NCBI GenBank assembly: GCA_034780895.1
Contig: JAUZTB010000066.1
Location: 25,343,219-25,406,359 of the forward strand
DNA length: 63,141 nt
Origin: Rhynchobatus australiae
Taxonomy: Eukaryota
Direction of reading: 5' to 3'
Part shown: piece after piece, positions 1 through 12,372 of the stretch
How positions within the stretch are numbered: the stretch's first letter is position 1
Layout of the letters: each line of letters begins with the position of its first letter
The notes under the pieces: model-generated
Told to the model about the DNA's origin: nothing
The model's input: the letters and a program-made list of their open reading frames with translations, nothing else
Database searches by the model: none
Program-made: the position numbers and the translations under genes

Positions 1-143
1 TATCTTCAGTCCTGAAGAAGGATCCTGACCTGAAATGTTGACTGCCTGCTTTTCTCCACGGATGCTGCCAGCCCTGCTGAGTTCCTCCAACATCATTGTG
101 TTTTTTCATCTAGATTCCAGCATCTGCAGTCCTTTGTTTCTTT
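1..143 (+). mobile_element. Short Penelope-derived repeat with decayed hammerhead ribozyme motif
   Basis: CAGTC-CTGAAGA-stem II-GAAA-TGTT-GACTG (7-44) followed by GATGCTGCC...CTGCTGAGTTCCTCCA. The same family occurs inverted at 10248-10351 and 40672-40752. Confidence 0.7.
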
Positions 144-269
144 CCTACATTTTTTGTTTGGATGTTGACTGATCCAGAAGAGGGCTCCTTAAGACTTTGT
201 GGAGATTGCAGTTGTACTGTGTTGGACTCTAGGGCACTTGACTCTCCCAATGTAAAGCTTTCTGGCAAT

Positions 270-592
270 TGGTTTATTATTGTCAATGTACCAAGATACA
301 GTGAACAGCTTTTGTTTGCATTCCATCCAGACAGATCATTCCATACATAAGTACATTGAGGAAGCACAGAAAGAAAAAGAAATGCAGAATGTAGTGTGAA
401 AGTTACAGGCAGCGCAGGTAGACAAGTGCAAAGGCCATGACAAGGTGTTTTTGAGAGATTGAGTTCATCACTATTCTGTAAGAGGTCCATTTAAGAGTCT
501 TATAATAGCAGGATAAAAGCCGTCCTTGAGCCTGGTGGTACATGTTCTCAAGCTTTTGTATCTTCTACCCGATGGGAGAGGGGAGAAGAGAG
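270..592 (-). mobile_element. Rex1/Babar-like LINE 3' fragment
   Basis: Minus strand encodes an LLPSPIG/R-type C-terminal remnant; tail resembles the 8432 copy. Confidence 0.5.
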
Positions 593-1111
593 NNNNNNNN
601 NNNNNNNNNNNNNNNNNNNNNNNNNNNNNNNNNNNNNNNNNNNNNNNNNNNNNNNNNNNNNNNNNNNNNNNNNNNNNNNNNNNNNNNNNNNNNNNNNNNN
701 NNNNNNNNNNNNNNNNNNNNNNNNNNNNNNNNNNNNNNNNNNNNNNNNNNNNNNNNNNNNNNNNNNNNNNNNNNNNNNNNNNNNNNNNNNNNNNNNNNNN
801 NNNNNNNNNNNNNNNNNNNNNNNNNNNNNNNNNNNNNNNNNNNNNNNNNNNNNNNNNNNNNNNNNNNNNNNNNNNNNNNNNNNNNNNNNNNNNNNNNNNN
901 NNNNNNNNNNNNNNNNNNNNNNNNNNNNNNNNNNNNNNNNNNNNNNNNNNNNNNNNNNNNNNNNNNNNNNNNNNNNNNNNNNNNNNNNNNNNNNNNNNNN
1001 NNNNNNNNNNNNNNNNNNNNNNNNNNNNNNNNNNNNNNNNNNNNNNNNNNNNNNNNNNNNNNNNNNNNNNNNNNNNNNNNNNNNNNNNNNNNNNNNNNNN
1101 NNNNNNNNNNN

Positions 1112-3200
1112 AGCTTTCTGGAAGGCAACTTTACACAGTGGTAGTGTCTTGGAAGAATCCAGTGAGTGTCATGATAAAGAAGCTTTCGGAAAGCTGCTGG
1201 GGGTACAAAGTGAAATGCTCAGCGTCTTGTCTGGCCTAGCAGGCAATTCATAGGTGAGGAGGAACATGGAGAAGCTCATTTTGCACTCCTCATTGTAAAT
1301 TAACATCACTTGTGTACAGGAGGTGATGCATGAGTCTATACCAACCACCGTTAATGTGTCTGCAAGACAGTGGCTGATGGAGTAGGTTTCTAATTCCATG
1401 GATGCACAGGCTATGGTCATTTAAAGCTTCAATGGAATTTTGGGCCAGTCCCATTAGATAGTGCTTGTTGGCTAGCATTGGGTTTGTCTCCAGTGTGAAT
1501 AGATTACTGTTATGCAAGAACAGAGTGATGCCTCACGGCACCACAATTCAACTATCAGGGAACAGATGGGTATTTTGTGGGAGTTGGTTATCAGGGTTGG
1601 CAGGGCTAGGTGATTTTTGTGATAGTAATATGATCTGGGCCACTGCACACTGCCTGTCCTGTCCAGTGAGTTCCAGTAACACTGTAGAGTTAACTCTTGT
1701 CTTCCCCTCAATGATATTGGGATTTCTGAACAAAAGTTCTGATTCCACCCCTGTGTAGGTTCAGTTTCCAGCTTCCAAGATTGCCAGTACCGGTGGGCTG
1801 AAGCACTTGGAAGCTGGTCCTTCTGGGAAGCAATCATCATGGCCATCCAGTACGTGCTTCCCTACTCTGGTGTAAGCTTTCTTCAGTTTTTATGCTGATG
1901 GAGCATGGTACAATCTCAATTCTGTAAAATAAAGATTGTCCAAGATAATGTGTGATGCATTGACAGAAATAGACTAATGTACAGCAGTTCCTTATTCCAA
2001 TTCAAAATGCCTGATTCAGTCATTGAATATGATTTAATCTCCATTGCATTGATGCAGTGCTGCTAAGGTATTTATCACAATGGAAAGTAAGGGAATGTTC
2101 TAGCATTAAAGATAGCTCTGTGATCAGTGTCTGCACAGTGCCCATGATTGGAATTGGGTGGAGGTGGTAAAGGATTCTCCTCATCCATTGCATGAGGCAC
2201 TCAAAGTTAACTACGTTGACAGTACAAGTTTCATACTAACTTTTACCCTTAGCCTCTATCCAACAAACAGGTTAGGTTTCCATCAGGAATAGTCATGCAT
2301 TGCTTGCACATTGATAACTGTATCAAAGAAGCAACAGTCTTTACTACAGAAGCAAGAAAACTTGAGACTTGACATTGATATTCTGTGGATAAATAGGGAA
2401 TCTATGTCACTGCGTCTCATCTCCTTGCCATTAGAACAAAATACTTTCTGAGATCAAACCCTACATTTCGATGATCTGTGAGTTGCTGCAGTGCCATCAA
2501 TCCCAATGCTTTATCATTCTTGAGATCTTTTCTTCAGAACATGGCACGGACTTCGATGTTAGTGATGCCTATGTTGCCTATTGAGAGATCACCTTTAAAC
2601 ACAATCTTGAGTACGAGATTCTGCTCTTGGTTCCTTTGCTTGATGTTGAGCATCCTGTGTCTGGCTTTTGGGTTGAAGCAATGTACAACTCTTTAAAAAG
2701 GAAGATTCCTCTTTTCTGTGGTGAAAAACAAGTTGAGGAAATTGCTTCTCCTAGTCCATAGTGCATCAGTGATCTAGATAATGTTACTGTGAACAGCAAA
2801 CTGCATAGATCTGCTGTCTGGCCTGGTTCCAAGGATGGGAGAGTTGAAGGTGATAGTAACCTTGACTTTGGCAGAGCAATCCAGGCATGAGTGCAAGCCT
2901 ACATTTAAAGCCATTTGTCTTGGATCTCTCTGGATGCATTGGTGAATCTTAGCCTTTTGGAGACATTTGCTCTTCAGAGGTATTGAGATAGTGTGGATCC
3001 CTGTAGATTCTGGGGGAGAAAAGAGCTTTGTTAGCCCTTTTATTCTTCCCTTGACTCTGGTCTGTGTCTATAATATCTGTGGCCTGGTTTCAAATCTTCC
3101 AGCAGCATCACATGTCCCCATTTGTGAATAGTTTTCAAGTTCTCAAATGAGAATGGAACTCCAGTCTTAATGGTGTTTAGTAATAGCTAATAGAAGGAGC
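1112..3200 (-). mobile_element. Highly degraded Gypsy-type LTR retrotransposon remnant
   Basis: Minus frames give gag-like HCFNPKARHRMLNIKQRNQEQ and KDLKNDKALGL, plus integrase-zinc-finger-like CIHGIRNL...GGW, with many stops. Confidence 0.4.
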
Positions 3201-5289
3201 ACACAGACTTGCGTTTTGAGAGTTTAATGACACTTTAAACTAGGCAGCCGCAGGAAAAAAACAAGGTTATGAAAAAACCTGGACAGTTGATAACCAGTGA
3301 NNNNNNNNNNNNNNNNNNNNNNNNNNNNNNNNNNNNNNNNNNNNNNNNNNNNNNNNNNNNNNNNNNNNNNNNNNNNNNNNNNNNNNNNNNNNNNNNNNNN
3401 NNNNNNNNNNNNNNNNNNNNNNNNNNNNNNNNNNNNNNNNNNNNNNCTGTGTCAAAATACTCAATTGAGTTTCCAGTGTTGCAAAATTACCCAAAATAGG
3501 TCTTGTATTCCAGGAAAAGTCCATGTTCATTGCAAAATGCTAGGAGGAAAAACCAAACATCATGGGGCTTGGGTGTCTAGGCCTATCTCTGTATTGTAGC
3601 TGTCTACTCTGTCAATTTAAGCTGTTTTTAATGATTTATGTTTCTGTCCAGGTGATCACTTGTCATTACACCACAGAAGATCACATTGGGGTTAATGTGA
3701 CCTGACAAGAACACCCATGCTTGGCAATTGTAATACAATAGTCATCTGTGGTCAATTGGCAGAGTAGAGCAGACTGAATAGTATTTAACTAGTGAGGTTA
3801 GAGATAGTGTACAAGATTAGCATATCCTGCAGTGGAATTCTGATTTAATTTGCAAATCAATGACTTTATAATGGAGTATGGAGGATTGTGTCCATTTGTA
3901 CAAGGTGCAGTTTACAGTGTGGGGTAATAAAACCTTTATTCCTAGGGATTTTTTTTCTTTTGAGATTGTTCCAGTACAATATGAATTATGTTTTGAGCAG
4001 CTGTCTTGGAAATAACTAGAATGGTGTTTAAGACAAATGTATTTATTGTAGTAATAAAAGTCTTCACACTTTCTGGTTACATATTTTTACAGATGCTGTA
4101 AAAACACTGTACTCTTCCCCATGTTCAGTCTTTTGACATTCTCATTAGCTTGAACTTCATCTTTTTGCCTATTCAATGTTGGCTATGGACATTGTCTAGA
4201 TATTCTAGTCTATCTGCCCTTCAGAGTGGCAAATTGTGCAGACCACTTTGATACTTTTTAAATTGTCAATACCTGTGAAAAGTAGCTAGTTTTGAACTCA
4301 TTATCTGCAGTATGAGAGCTGAATTATTTTAATATTCAAAATAGAGGTTTGGCAGCCTCTTATGATGATTGAAAGTAATCGCTGGCTCAGTTTGCTACTG
4401 TTACATTTTTTGCATCTTTCTGNNNNNNNNNNNNNNNNNNNNNNNNNNNNNNNNNNNNNNNNNNNNNNNNNNNNNNNNNNNNNNNNNNNNNNNNNNNNNN
4501 NNNNNNNNNNNNNNNNNNNNNNNNNNNNNNNNNNNNNNNNNNNNNNNNNNNNNNNNNNNNNNNNNNNNNNNNNNNNNNNNNNNNNNNNNNNNNNNNNNNN
4601 NNNNNNNNNNNNNNNNNNNNNNNNNNNNNNNNNNNNNNNNNNNNNNNNNNNNNNNNNNNNNNNNNNNNNNNNNNNNNNNNNNNNNNNNNNNNNNNNNNNN
4701 NNNNNNNNNNNNNNNNNNNNNNNNNNNNNNNNNNNNNNNNNNNNNNNNNNNNNNNNNNNNNNNNNNNNNNNNNNNNNNNNNNNNNNNNNNNNNNNNNNNN
4801 NNNNNNNNNNNNNNNNNNNNNNNNNNNNNNNNNNNNNNNNNNNNNNNNNNNNNNNNNNNNNNNGCTTGTGTTACTACAGTGCTCCTTTTGGAACTATCAT
4901 GGCACTTTCCATGTATAGCACCTGCAATGCCTCCGAAGTGCTTAGTTTCGATGTGACGTTTGTATGTACAGCATTGACTCTTATGGGTAGGCCACATTAC
5001 ACATGTCTGACACTAGACTCCTGATACTGTGTGGTGGACAGAGCATCTGTGACAAAGGAACCAATGCAAGAATGATCTCAAAACCATGGAAGTATTAATC
5101 TCCCCTAGCTTGAGGAATCCATAACCACTCAAAATAGAAAGGGAGCATTCAAGATCTTTCTGGAGTACATAGAAGCATAAATAGCAGGAGAAATGATTCA
5201 CCATCTGCCTTGCAAAACGTCCATTGTCCTACATTGGCTTTATTTGCCAACTTAGTACTGGTGGGACAGTTTTCTTTTCACTTTTCCAA

Positions 5290-5420
5290 TTCTAGTAAAG
5301 CATCATCAACCTGAAGTGTTAACTCTGCTCCTCGACACGGACGCTGACTGACCTGCCGAGTATCCCTGACGTCTTCTGTTTTTATTTCAGATTTCTGGGT
5401 CTGCAGTTTCTTGATTGCCA
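5290..5420 (+). mobile_element. Decayed Penelope-derived short repeat
   Basis: catcaacctgaagtgttaac...gacgctgactgacctgccgagt...cagattt; similar to the 47105 copy. Confidence 0.5.
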
Positions 5421-5999
5421 GATGAGCTGAATGTGGTCCTCTTCTCCCTGACATCTGACAACTTTCTCTTGACTTGTGTATGAATTCGCACCTTGGACTC
5501 CTTTGTCCATTCCACCCTCACCTTTTCAGAGGTCTCTTGTTCGTTATTCTTATTTCAGTTTATCTTGTTTTGCACTACTTTTTCTGCATTAAATCTTCTC
5601 AGTACCTCCACATGGGTGAGCATCCCCTGACACAGATCATTGGAGTCTGCATCTTGATGGGCCAGAGCTCACGTGCCCTGGAGAAACCGGAATTTTCATT
5701 ATTACTAGAGAGACTTTGGGCTGCCTGGAGAATTCCCAAATAAACATATGGGCAAAGGTGGCTTTGGGGACGCAGGTCCCAGATCACCCATGACCAAACT
5801 TGATGCTGGGTCAGGGGTAGAGAGGCCGACACGGGTTTCTATGTTCCTAAAGGAAAAAAAACATTAACTGAACGAGTCTCTGTAAACCTCAGACGCAGGG
5901 GACTGCGGGTGCCGGAATCTGGAGTGCCGAGAGGTCCACTGGGGTGGGGGTCGAGCGGCGTCTGTCCGGGGCAGGAGGAATTGCCGATATTTCAAGTTG

Positions 6000-6112
6000 A
6001 ATGGCAGTCCTGATGCAGGGCCTTGATCCAAAATATCGACAGTTTCTTTCCTCCCACAGATGCTGCTCGGCCTGCTGAGTTCCCCCAGCAGATTGTTTAT
6101 TGCTCCAGATTT
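6000..6112 (+). mobile_element. Penelope-derived short repeat with degenerate hammerhead core
   Basis: cagtc-CTGATGC-agggccttgatcc-aaaatatc-gacag then gatgctgctcggcctgctgagttc. Confidence 0.55.
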
Positions 6113-6359
6113 GTCCAAAATCGCTTTCACCAACGTTTTCAGATTTGTGCTTAAGTTGCTGCACGTGGAAAAATAGCTTTATGTTTGTGGGACTCGGTGT
6201 TTACAATCTGCTCTTCAGTGTACAGTGACCTGACGAGGAGGTTAAGATTTGGAGTGGGAATGTCCTTTCATTGTGCCATTAATTACATCCAGTGCGTTCT
6301 TCGGAAGTGGGCTGCGAATGGGCGCTCTCGATCCAATCAATACAACTACCTTGACGATA

Positions 6360-6577
6360 CAGACACACAAAAGATTCTGCAGATGCTGGAATCTGGAGTA
6401 ACACACAAAATACTAGAGAAACTCAGCACGTCAGGCACTGTCTATGGAGGGAAATAAACAGTCGACGTTTCGGGTGGAGACCCTTAATTAGGTCTCGACC
6501 CGAAACGTCGACTGATTATTTCCCTCCATAGACGCTGCCTGACCACCTGAGTTCCTCCAGCGTTTTATGGGTGTTAC
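6360..6577. repeat. Palindromic pair of Penelope-derived repeats
   Basis: Arms ~6398-6482 and 6491-6577 are reverse complements around the 8-nt spacer CTTAATTA. Confidence 0.85.
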
Positions 6578-6639
6578 CTTAATGACATGCTGCCCAGTCA
6601 AAAGTCGCTGCCTCGCTTTTGAGCCCAGCAGCTTCGGCG

Positions 6640-7042
6640 GCGCCGGAAAGTTGCGTGAAACGTTGAGGATTCACTGAATCAATCGAACAAAATACACAAT
6701 AAAATATAGCGACTTCTCAATGCTTACAGGTCAATTCCCCGGTTAGAATGTTCCCGATGCTGGAGGGGGTTAAGTTTTGACCCTCCTTTGATCCAAATGT
6801 TGGTATCAGTTTGAAGAATTCAGCGTGTACCCGTTCATTTGCTGAGGTTTCAAGCTGGCCACGTCTCTCACGTTCTGTTCCTACATGTGGGACACGTCGT
6901 TCTGGAATGGGGAGCTGACGCGTCCTGTGATTCCTAGTTACGCCTGCTTGTATCTGCGGGTTGGGCATTGCAGTTAAAACATTTTGGAAAGTAACATTTG
7001 AGCTTGTTAAACTTGAGCAATTTCACTGAAACCGATTGTTCG
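6640..7042 (+). other. Putative non-coding first exon of MTMR4 (5' boundary uncertain)
   Basis: CG|GTGAGT donor at 7043 near the 3' edge of the CpG-rich region. Exon 15166 has an acceptor and therefore needs an upstream donor. Confidence 0.4.
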
Positions 7043-8431
7043 GTGAGTTATTTTAAAACAAAATTGATTAGTCTACATTTGCTTGCATAAACCATAAATG
7101 TAAATGTACACATCTACTTTATAATTAGTGCAGGATCTTAATCCGAGAGTGCGTTGTATTGCTGCAGTTGGTGGCTGTGGATAGTAGTCGGAAAAGGAAA
7201 TCTTTACAAACATTTCTCGCCGTTCGATATTTGGTCGTTTGCGTGGGATAGGCGTTCTGCAAGGAACAACCTTAAATTTATAATGCATTTAAGCAGAGTA
7301 GCTAAATTGTTGTAATGAAGAATCCAGTTTGGATTTATGGGAAAATAGAAATAGTTACATTCGTGGATAACTTTAAGTGCGTAGAATGTCACTGAATTTT
7401 AAATGTTAAAAATCTTGGTACTAATGAGAAGCATTTCAGAGCAATTTCATTTTTAAAGTATAACCTAGGAAATAGAACAGATACCCAAGTGATCCACTGG
7501 AATCTCCACATTCAGTTCAACAGCCAGAAAACAGCAGGAAAAACAAGTACGTGTTTTTAAGAACAGTTGAAATGTTGTGATAGGGACGCCTTTCAAAACA
7601 GGGATTTTGATTCTAGCTGGCACTGGATTAGGGTTGTCATAGGCATAGTACAAGCAGATTATGAAAGAGTAGCACGGCTGTTCTTCCACTGTGCCAGACT
7701 GTCTTTTGTAAATTTCTGGTTTGGACCCAACTTCCAGGGAAGAAAGCTCCCACAGTGTTGATCCAACCCTAATTTGACTTTCTGAATGATGTGAGATCAG
7801 AACCTATTACCTACAAGTTCATAAACAGCAATTAACTTCCTGTGCCTATTTAATTCATTTCTGTAAAAGTCCTACAATATCAGGCACATGAAAGGTTCAG
7901 GTTCGATTAGCAATTAAAGGTAACCTTACCCCAAAGCTACAAACAAAGACATACCAGTTCTACTACAGAAAGTAATGCAGACTATTTGAATTCACATGAC
8001 AATCTAATGTGGTTATAGCTGGTTGTTGACACAGATTTCTGTTCAACCTTTGGACGATATCTGGAGACCATTGAGCATTTGGATTTGTAACTTGGATTTG
8101 GCAATCAGTGAACACTCCTGTATATCCTCTTTAATCAAATGGTGGATCTTTTAGCAAGTTTTTTAAGTTTCTGTTAAGCATGAACATAAGTTGTATAAAA
8201 TGATCTGGAGCATTCAATCCACCTTGACAAGCCTATAATAATAATAAAATGAATCATAGCCATTGTGTTCTGTTGGTCTTTGTGCTGCAGGTAGTTTGTT
8301 TGGTTAATCATTAATTGTAGTAAAACACTTGACAAGGGCATGGTCTATGGCATAATTAATGTTGTTGATTATTTTGAATAAATCTGAATCTTTGCTTCCT
8401 GTTGTACAGGTCTACTAAATGTCTTAATTTT

Positions 8432-9062
8432 GAAAGTCAAAGAGTTTATTGTCATATACACAAGTGCCTGTGTGCACAGGTGCAATGAAGAACTTACTTG
8501 CAGCAGCATCACAGGTACATAGCATCATAAAAGCAGTATTCAAAAGAAAAACATATTAACATAAATTTACACAATTTCTACAAAGAATGCAATTAGAACA
8601 AAAAAAAGTCCATTTTAGTGCAAAGTGATCAAAGTGGTCATGATGTTCTGAAACTGTAGTGATTAGGGTTGTGCCGGTTAGTTCAAGAACCAAATAGTTG
8701 AAGGGAAGTAGCTATTTTTGAACCTTGTTGTGGGGGACTTCAGGCTTCTGTACCTCCTGCTTGATGATAACTGCAAGAAGATAACATGGCCCGGATGGTG
8801 GTGATCTTTGATCGATGCAGCTGCCTTGAGGCAGGGCCTCGAGTAGATACTACCCATGGTGGGGAGGTATGTGCTAGTGATGTATTGGGCTGAATCCACT
8901 ACTCTCCGCAGCTCCTGCGCATTTGAATAGCCNNNNNNNNNNTGATGCAACCAGTCAGTATACTTTCAACAGTATGTCTGTAGAAGTTTGTTGGATGACA
9001 AGCAGAACCTCTAATCCTCCTAAGAAAGTAAAGATGCTGAAACATCTTGCTTGTGATTGCAT
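8432..9062 (-). mobile_element. Rex1/Babar-like LINE 3' end
   Basis: Minus ORF ...CLKAAASIKDHHHPGHVIFLQLSSSRRYRSLKSPTTRFKNSYFPSTIWFLN is a typical Rex1/Babar RT C-terminus. The 3' UTR is repeated at 33030 and 36500. Confidence 0.8.
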
Positions 9063-10247
9063 CTTTCTTTTCCTTGATCTAGAATTATTTATATTGCACT
9101 GCCAATCATCTTTTGTATCAGCCTTAAAATTATATATCTGTAATTGATAAGGTTAGTTTGAATCAGTTCTATCCATGATGATAAGACACTCAAAAACAAT
9201 GGAACTTTGACCACCCAGGATGACAGTGCTAATTTTTTTTTGCTGAATTTGTGGTTGTGGTAGAGGAATACCCAGTCAGAAGTTGTCAAAAGTTAGGCCA
9301 AATGCCTCCAAGGCAAGCAATGCAGAAGAATGGTTTTGTGGGTTTTTTTGGGTTTTTTTTGCCATAGGTTATCTCTGTCACTGCATGATGGACCTCTGGA
9401 TGTCCTGGGATCATATTTGATATATATTTATTCTATAGAAAATGTGCATTTCCATTTCTTAATTCTATTGTATTGCTGGTGCTCCATTGTTGTGACAACT
9501 GTATGTCAAATTCAACACTGGGATCTGAACCAGATTCTATTTTATCAAAGGGGGGGGGGGGGAACTCCAAGTAANNNNNNNNNNCCCCAATCAAAGTAAC
9601 AGGTGTCAGTGGGCAAAAAGACCACAGCACACAGCAAAGCAAAAAAGCAACCTTTGACTAGAAATATTTGTCATGCCAGTAACTGCATCCATATGCATTA
9701 TAATGCTTCTAAAGACTTCAATCATATTATTTCAACTGTTGGAATTTTCCAACTATTCATCATTTTGTAAAGCAGTTCCTTTATTTTTACAAACTTTAAA
9801 ATTCTACATCCTTGTACTGACTTAAGGTAAAATTTTGTTTGCTTTATTAATCCTACTAAACGTCTTTTAATCATTGCTTTTTAATGAGAGTTCATTAAAC
9901 TTAAACTTTTTTGCTCATCTCTGACACTGAGAATCTTCCTTGTCTTCTATGCTGGAAAGCATGAGTTTCTATTCTATGTTAAAGTATAGGGATCAAAGTT
10001 GAACACACTAGGTGCAATTATGGTACCACTATCACTGGCCCCAGTTAATTTTGTACTTTTTAAACTGACTTTGGAAATGCAGTGGTATTCATCCAGTTGC
10101 CTTATACCAGTTAGAATAATACTCCATCCATTGGCATTTCTGGCACTTTATAAATAAAAGCAATGGTGAGATTTTCTTTCAAGAGTAGGAGCTCCTGTTC
10201 CAATAAACATCCAAATGGATGCTGGTGAGAAAAGATAATTGGTCTTT

Positions 10248-10390
10248 TGAAGAAAAACGCTATGATGTTGGAGGAACTCAGCAGGCCAGGCAGCATCTGT
10301 GGAGAAAAGCAGGCAGTCAACATTTCAGGCGAGGACCCTTCTTCAGTACTGAAAATCCTGAAGATCTTCGGTCCTGACCTGAAATGTTGG
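10248..10390 (-). mobile_element. Penelope-derived short repeat (minus) plus partial inverted copy
   Basis: Reverse complement of the 1-143 family; hammerhead-like motif at 10314-10351. Confidence 0.7.
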
Positions 10391-12372
10391 TGATCTGAAA
10401 TCGTGGTGATCTCTATTCAGATCAGGTCTATGTTCTGATCATATGATTTGGGTTGGTTTTAGTGACTAAGTACTTAATAAATATATTTTAGAAATGTCTT
10501 TTTTTTTTGTCTGCCTTTCTTCAAATACCTTCCAAAATTACTTCCGTGCATTAGAATTAACCCACATGACCAAAAGTATGTTTGAGATTATTATCTTTAC
10601 ATTGATGGTCAGGTTAGTTATGGGAAAAAAAATATTTGAGTCTGGCTAGATTCCAATTGACTGTGGTCTGACAGGTTTTAATTTTGTACTTGAGCAAACT
10701 ACAATTTTGAATCCTCCTCTCTTGTATTACGGAACATATTCATAAAAACAAAAGATCATATAAACTAAGAGCATGAATGGGCCATCTGGCTCTTCTGGTC
10801 TGGCTGATCTACTACCAAAGGGCACACCTCCTATGTCCATAGATTCCCTTAATATCAAGAAATCTGTTTTGATGAAACTATTGCCTAAGCCTCCATTGCC
10901 TTCTGGGATACAGGTACATTGAAAGACATTCTAGAGTTCTTCATATATGAAGCTTTATTATGTTTGTTCTCTTGCATTACTTTCTTTNNNNNNNNNNAAA
11001 TACTTAAGTTTTTCCAGTTAGGACTTGTTGGCTCCTAAAACTAGAGCTTTCTAATTTGGAGAAAATTAAACTCCAGTGCTGTGCATCCAGTATAATTTTA
11101 AGCTTCAATTACCTGTTGTCATTTTTGTTTTTATCTAACCAAGCATTTTTGAACTTTCTCCCAATGTTTGAATGTTGAATCTAAATAAAGACTTTCATTT
11201 ATAACACACCATTCCCATCTTCTGTGTGCTCTAAACTGTATCCAAACTAATATTGATTACAAAAGTGTCATTTGCAGGCAAAACAGCAGCCAATCTAAAG
11301 ACATCAGTCTCATAAGTTGTTATAACACATGAATTATGAACTAACTTTTCTGATTCAGAGGTAAGTTGAATATCTGGAACAATTGTTCTTCATGAAGCGC
11401 AAAATTTCATTTGATATATATCAAGGCAGGCCTAGAAAGGAAATCTATTGAAGTTTGTATTTCTGATCATTATCTAGAAAAGTCTGGGCTTTGGGTGAAC
11501 GTGGGACCTGATCTGAGTGAGTTGTGATGGATGAGTGTAGGCCACCAAGTTCACAAAGTTGGCTAAGTGACAGGTTATTATAAAGGATTAATGGCATTTT
11601 GATAACCATACATGAACAGCACTGAATGCCTTCCAGACTGGTGAGCAAAGGGTAAAAAAATTGGACAGCCTTAAATCTCGATGAGAAGCAAAGAGTTAAG
11701 ATGGAGATATAAAACAATACAAAATCACAGTTCTCTTCCTAGTCACTATTTTGCAAAGATGTACTCAATTTTGACATTACTCATGCACAGATCTCCAACT
11801 GAGCAGTAGAAGATTCTCACAACATACCCTCCCATACAGACGTGACAGTTTTACAATTTTAATGTTACAAACAGTAAGCATATTAAAGACACGATTGAAG
11901 AAATATGGAAAATGGTAAAATGTACTAAATATAAGTGGGCATGTGAGAGGGAATAGATTACAGCCAAAATAAATGGAGGAATGGAATCAATGCATGTGCT
12001 CTGGGAGCTAGCATAGACTTGATGGGCCACTTGATGGGCCAAATAACCTAAGTGGTTATTTGAGAGATAATGGAATAAAATTGCACATTCTAAAATTTGT
12101 GATATACCTGACAACTGTGAATTTGGTGCATACTTGTAAGTTTTTTTTAACTTCTCCTTATGTTGTCTTGGCCCATAGTATTTAGACAACTAATCACAAT
12201 GAAATGTTCCTAGGTGTCAAATGGTATTGTTGAAGAGCTGAATCAGTTCACAGATAAATGCTTCTTTTCTAGATAAGAACACTGTGCTTCAATACAAGAA
12301 CGTGGTTCTCTGTTATGATTGCTGCTGAACATTGCAGAATTCTTTTTCATTCANNNNNNNNNNNNNNNNNNN

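Larger units (their letters stand above)
5740..7260. promoter_or_regulatory. CpG-island-like putative MTMR4 distal promoter
   Basis: Visibly the only extended CpG-dense region in a CpG-depleted window. ETS-like CCGGAA at 6643-6648. Lies upstream of the first internal exon. Confidence 0.6.

Noticed and set aside
5603-5615. Possible tiny exon ttctcAG-TACCTCCACATGG-GTGAGC
   Set aside because: Lies upstream of the putative promoter and its phase is incompatible with exon 34407; likely chance.
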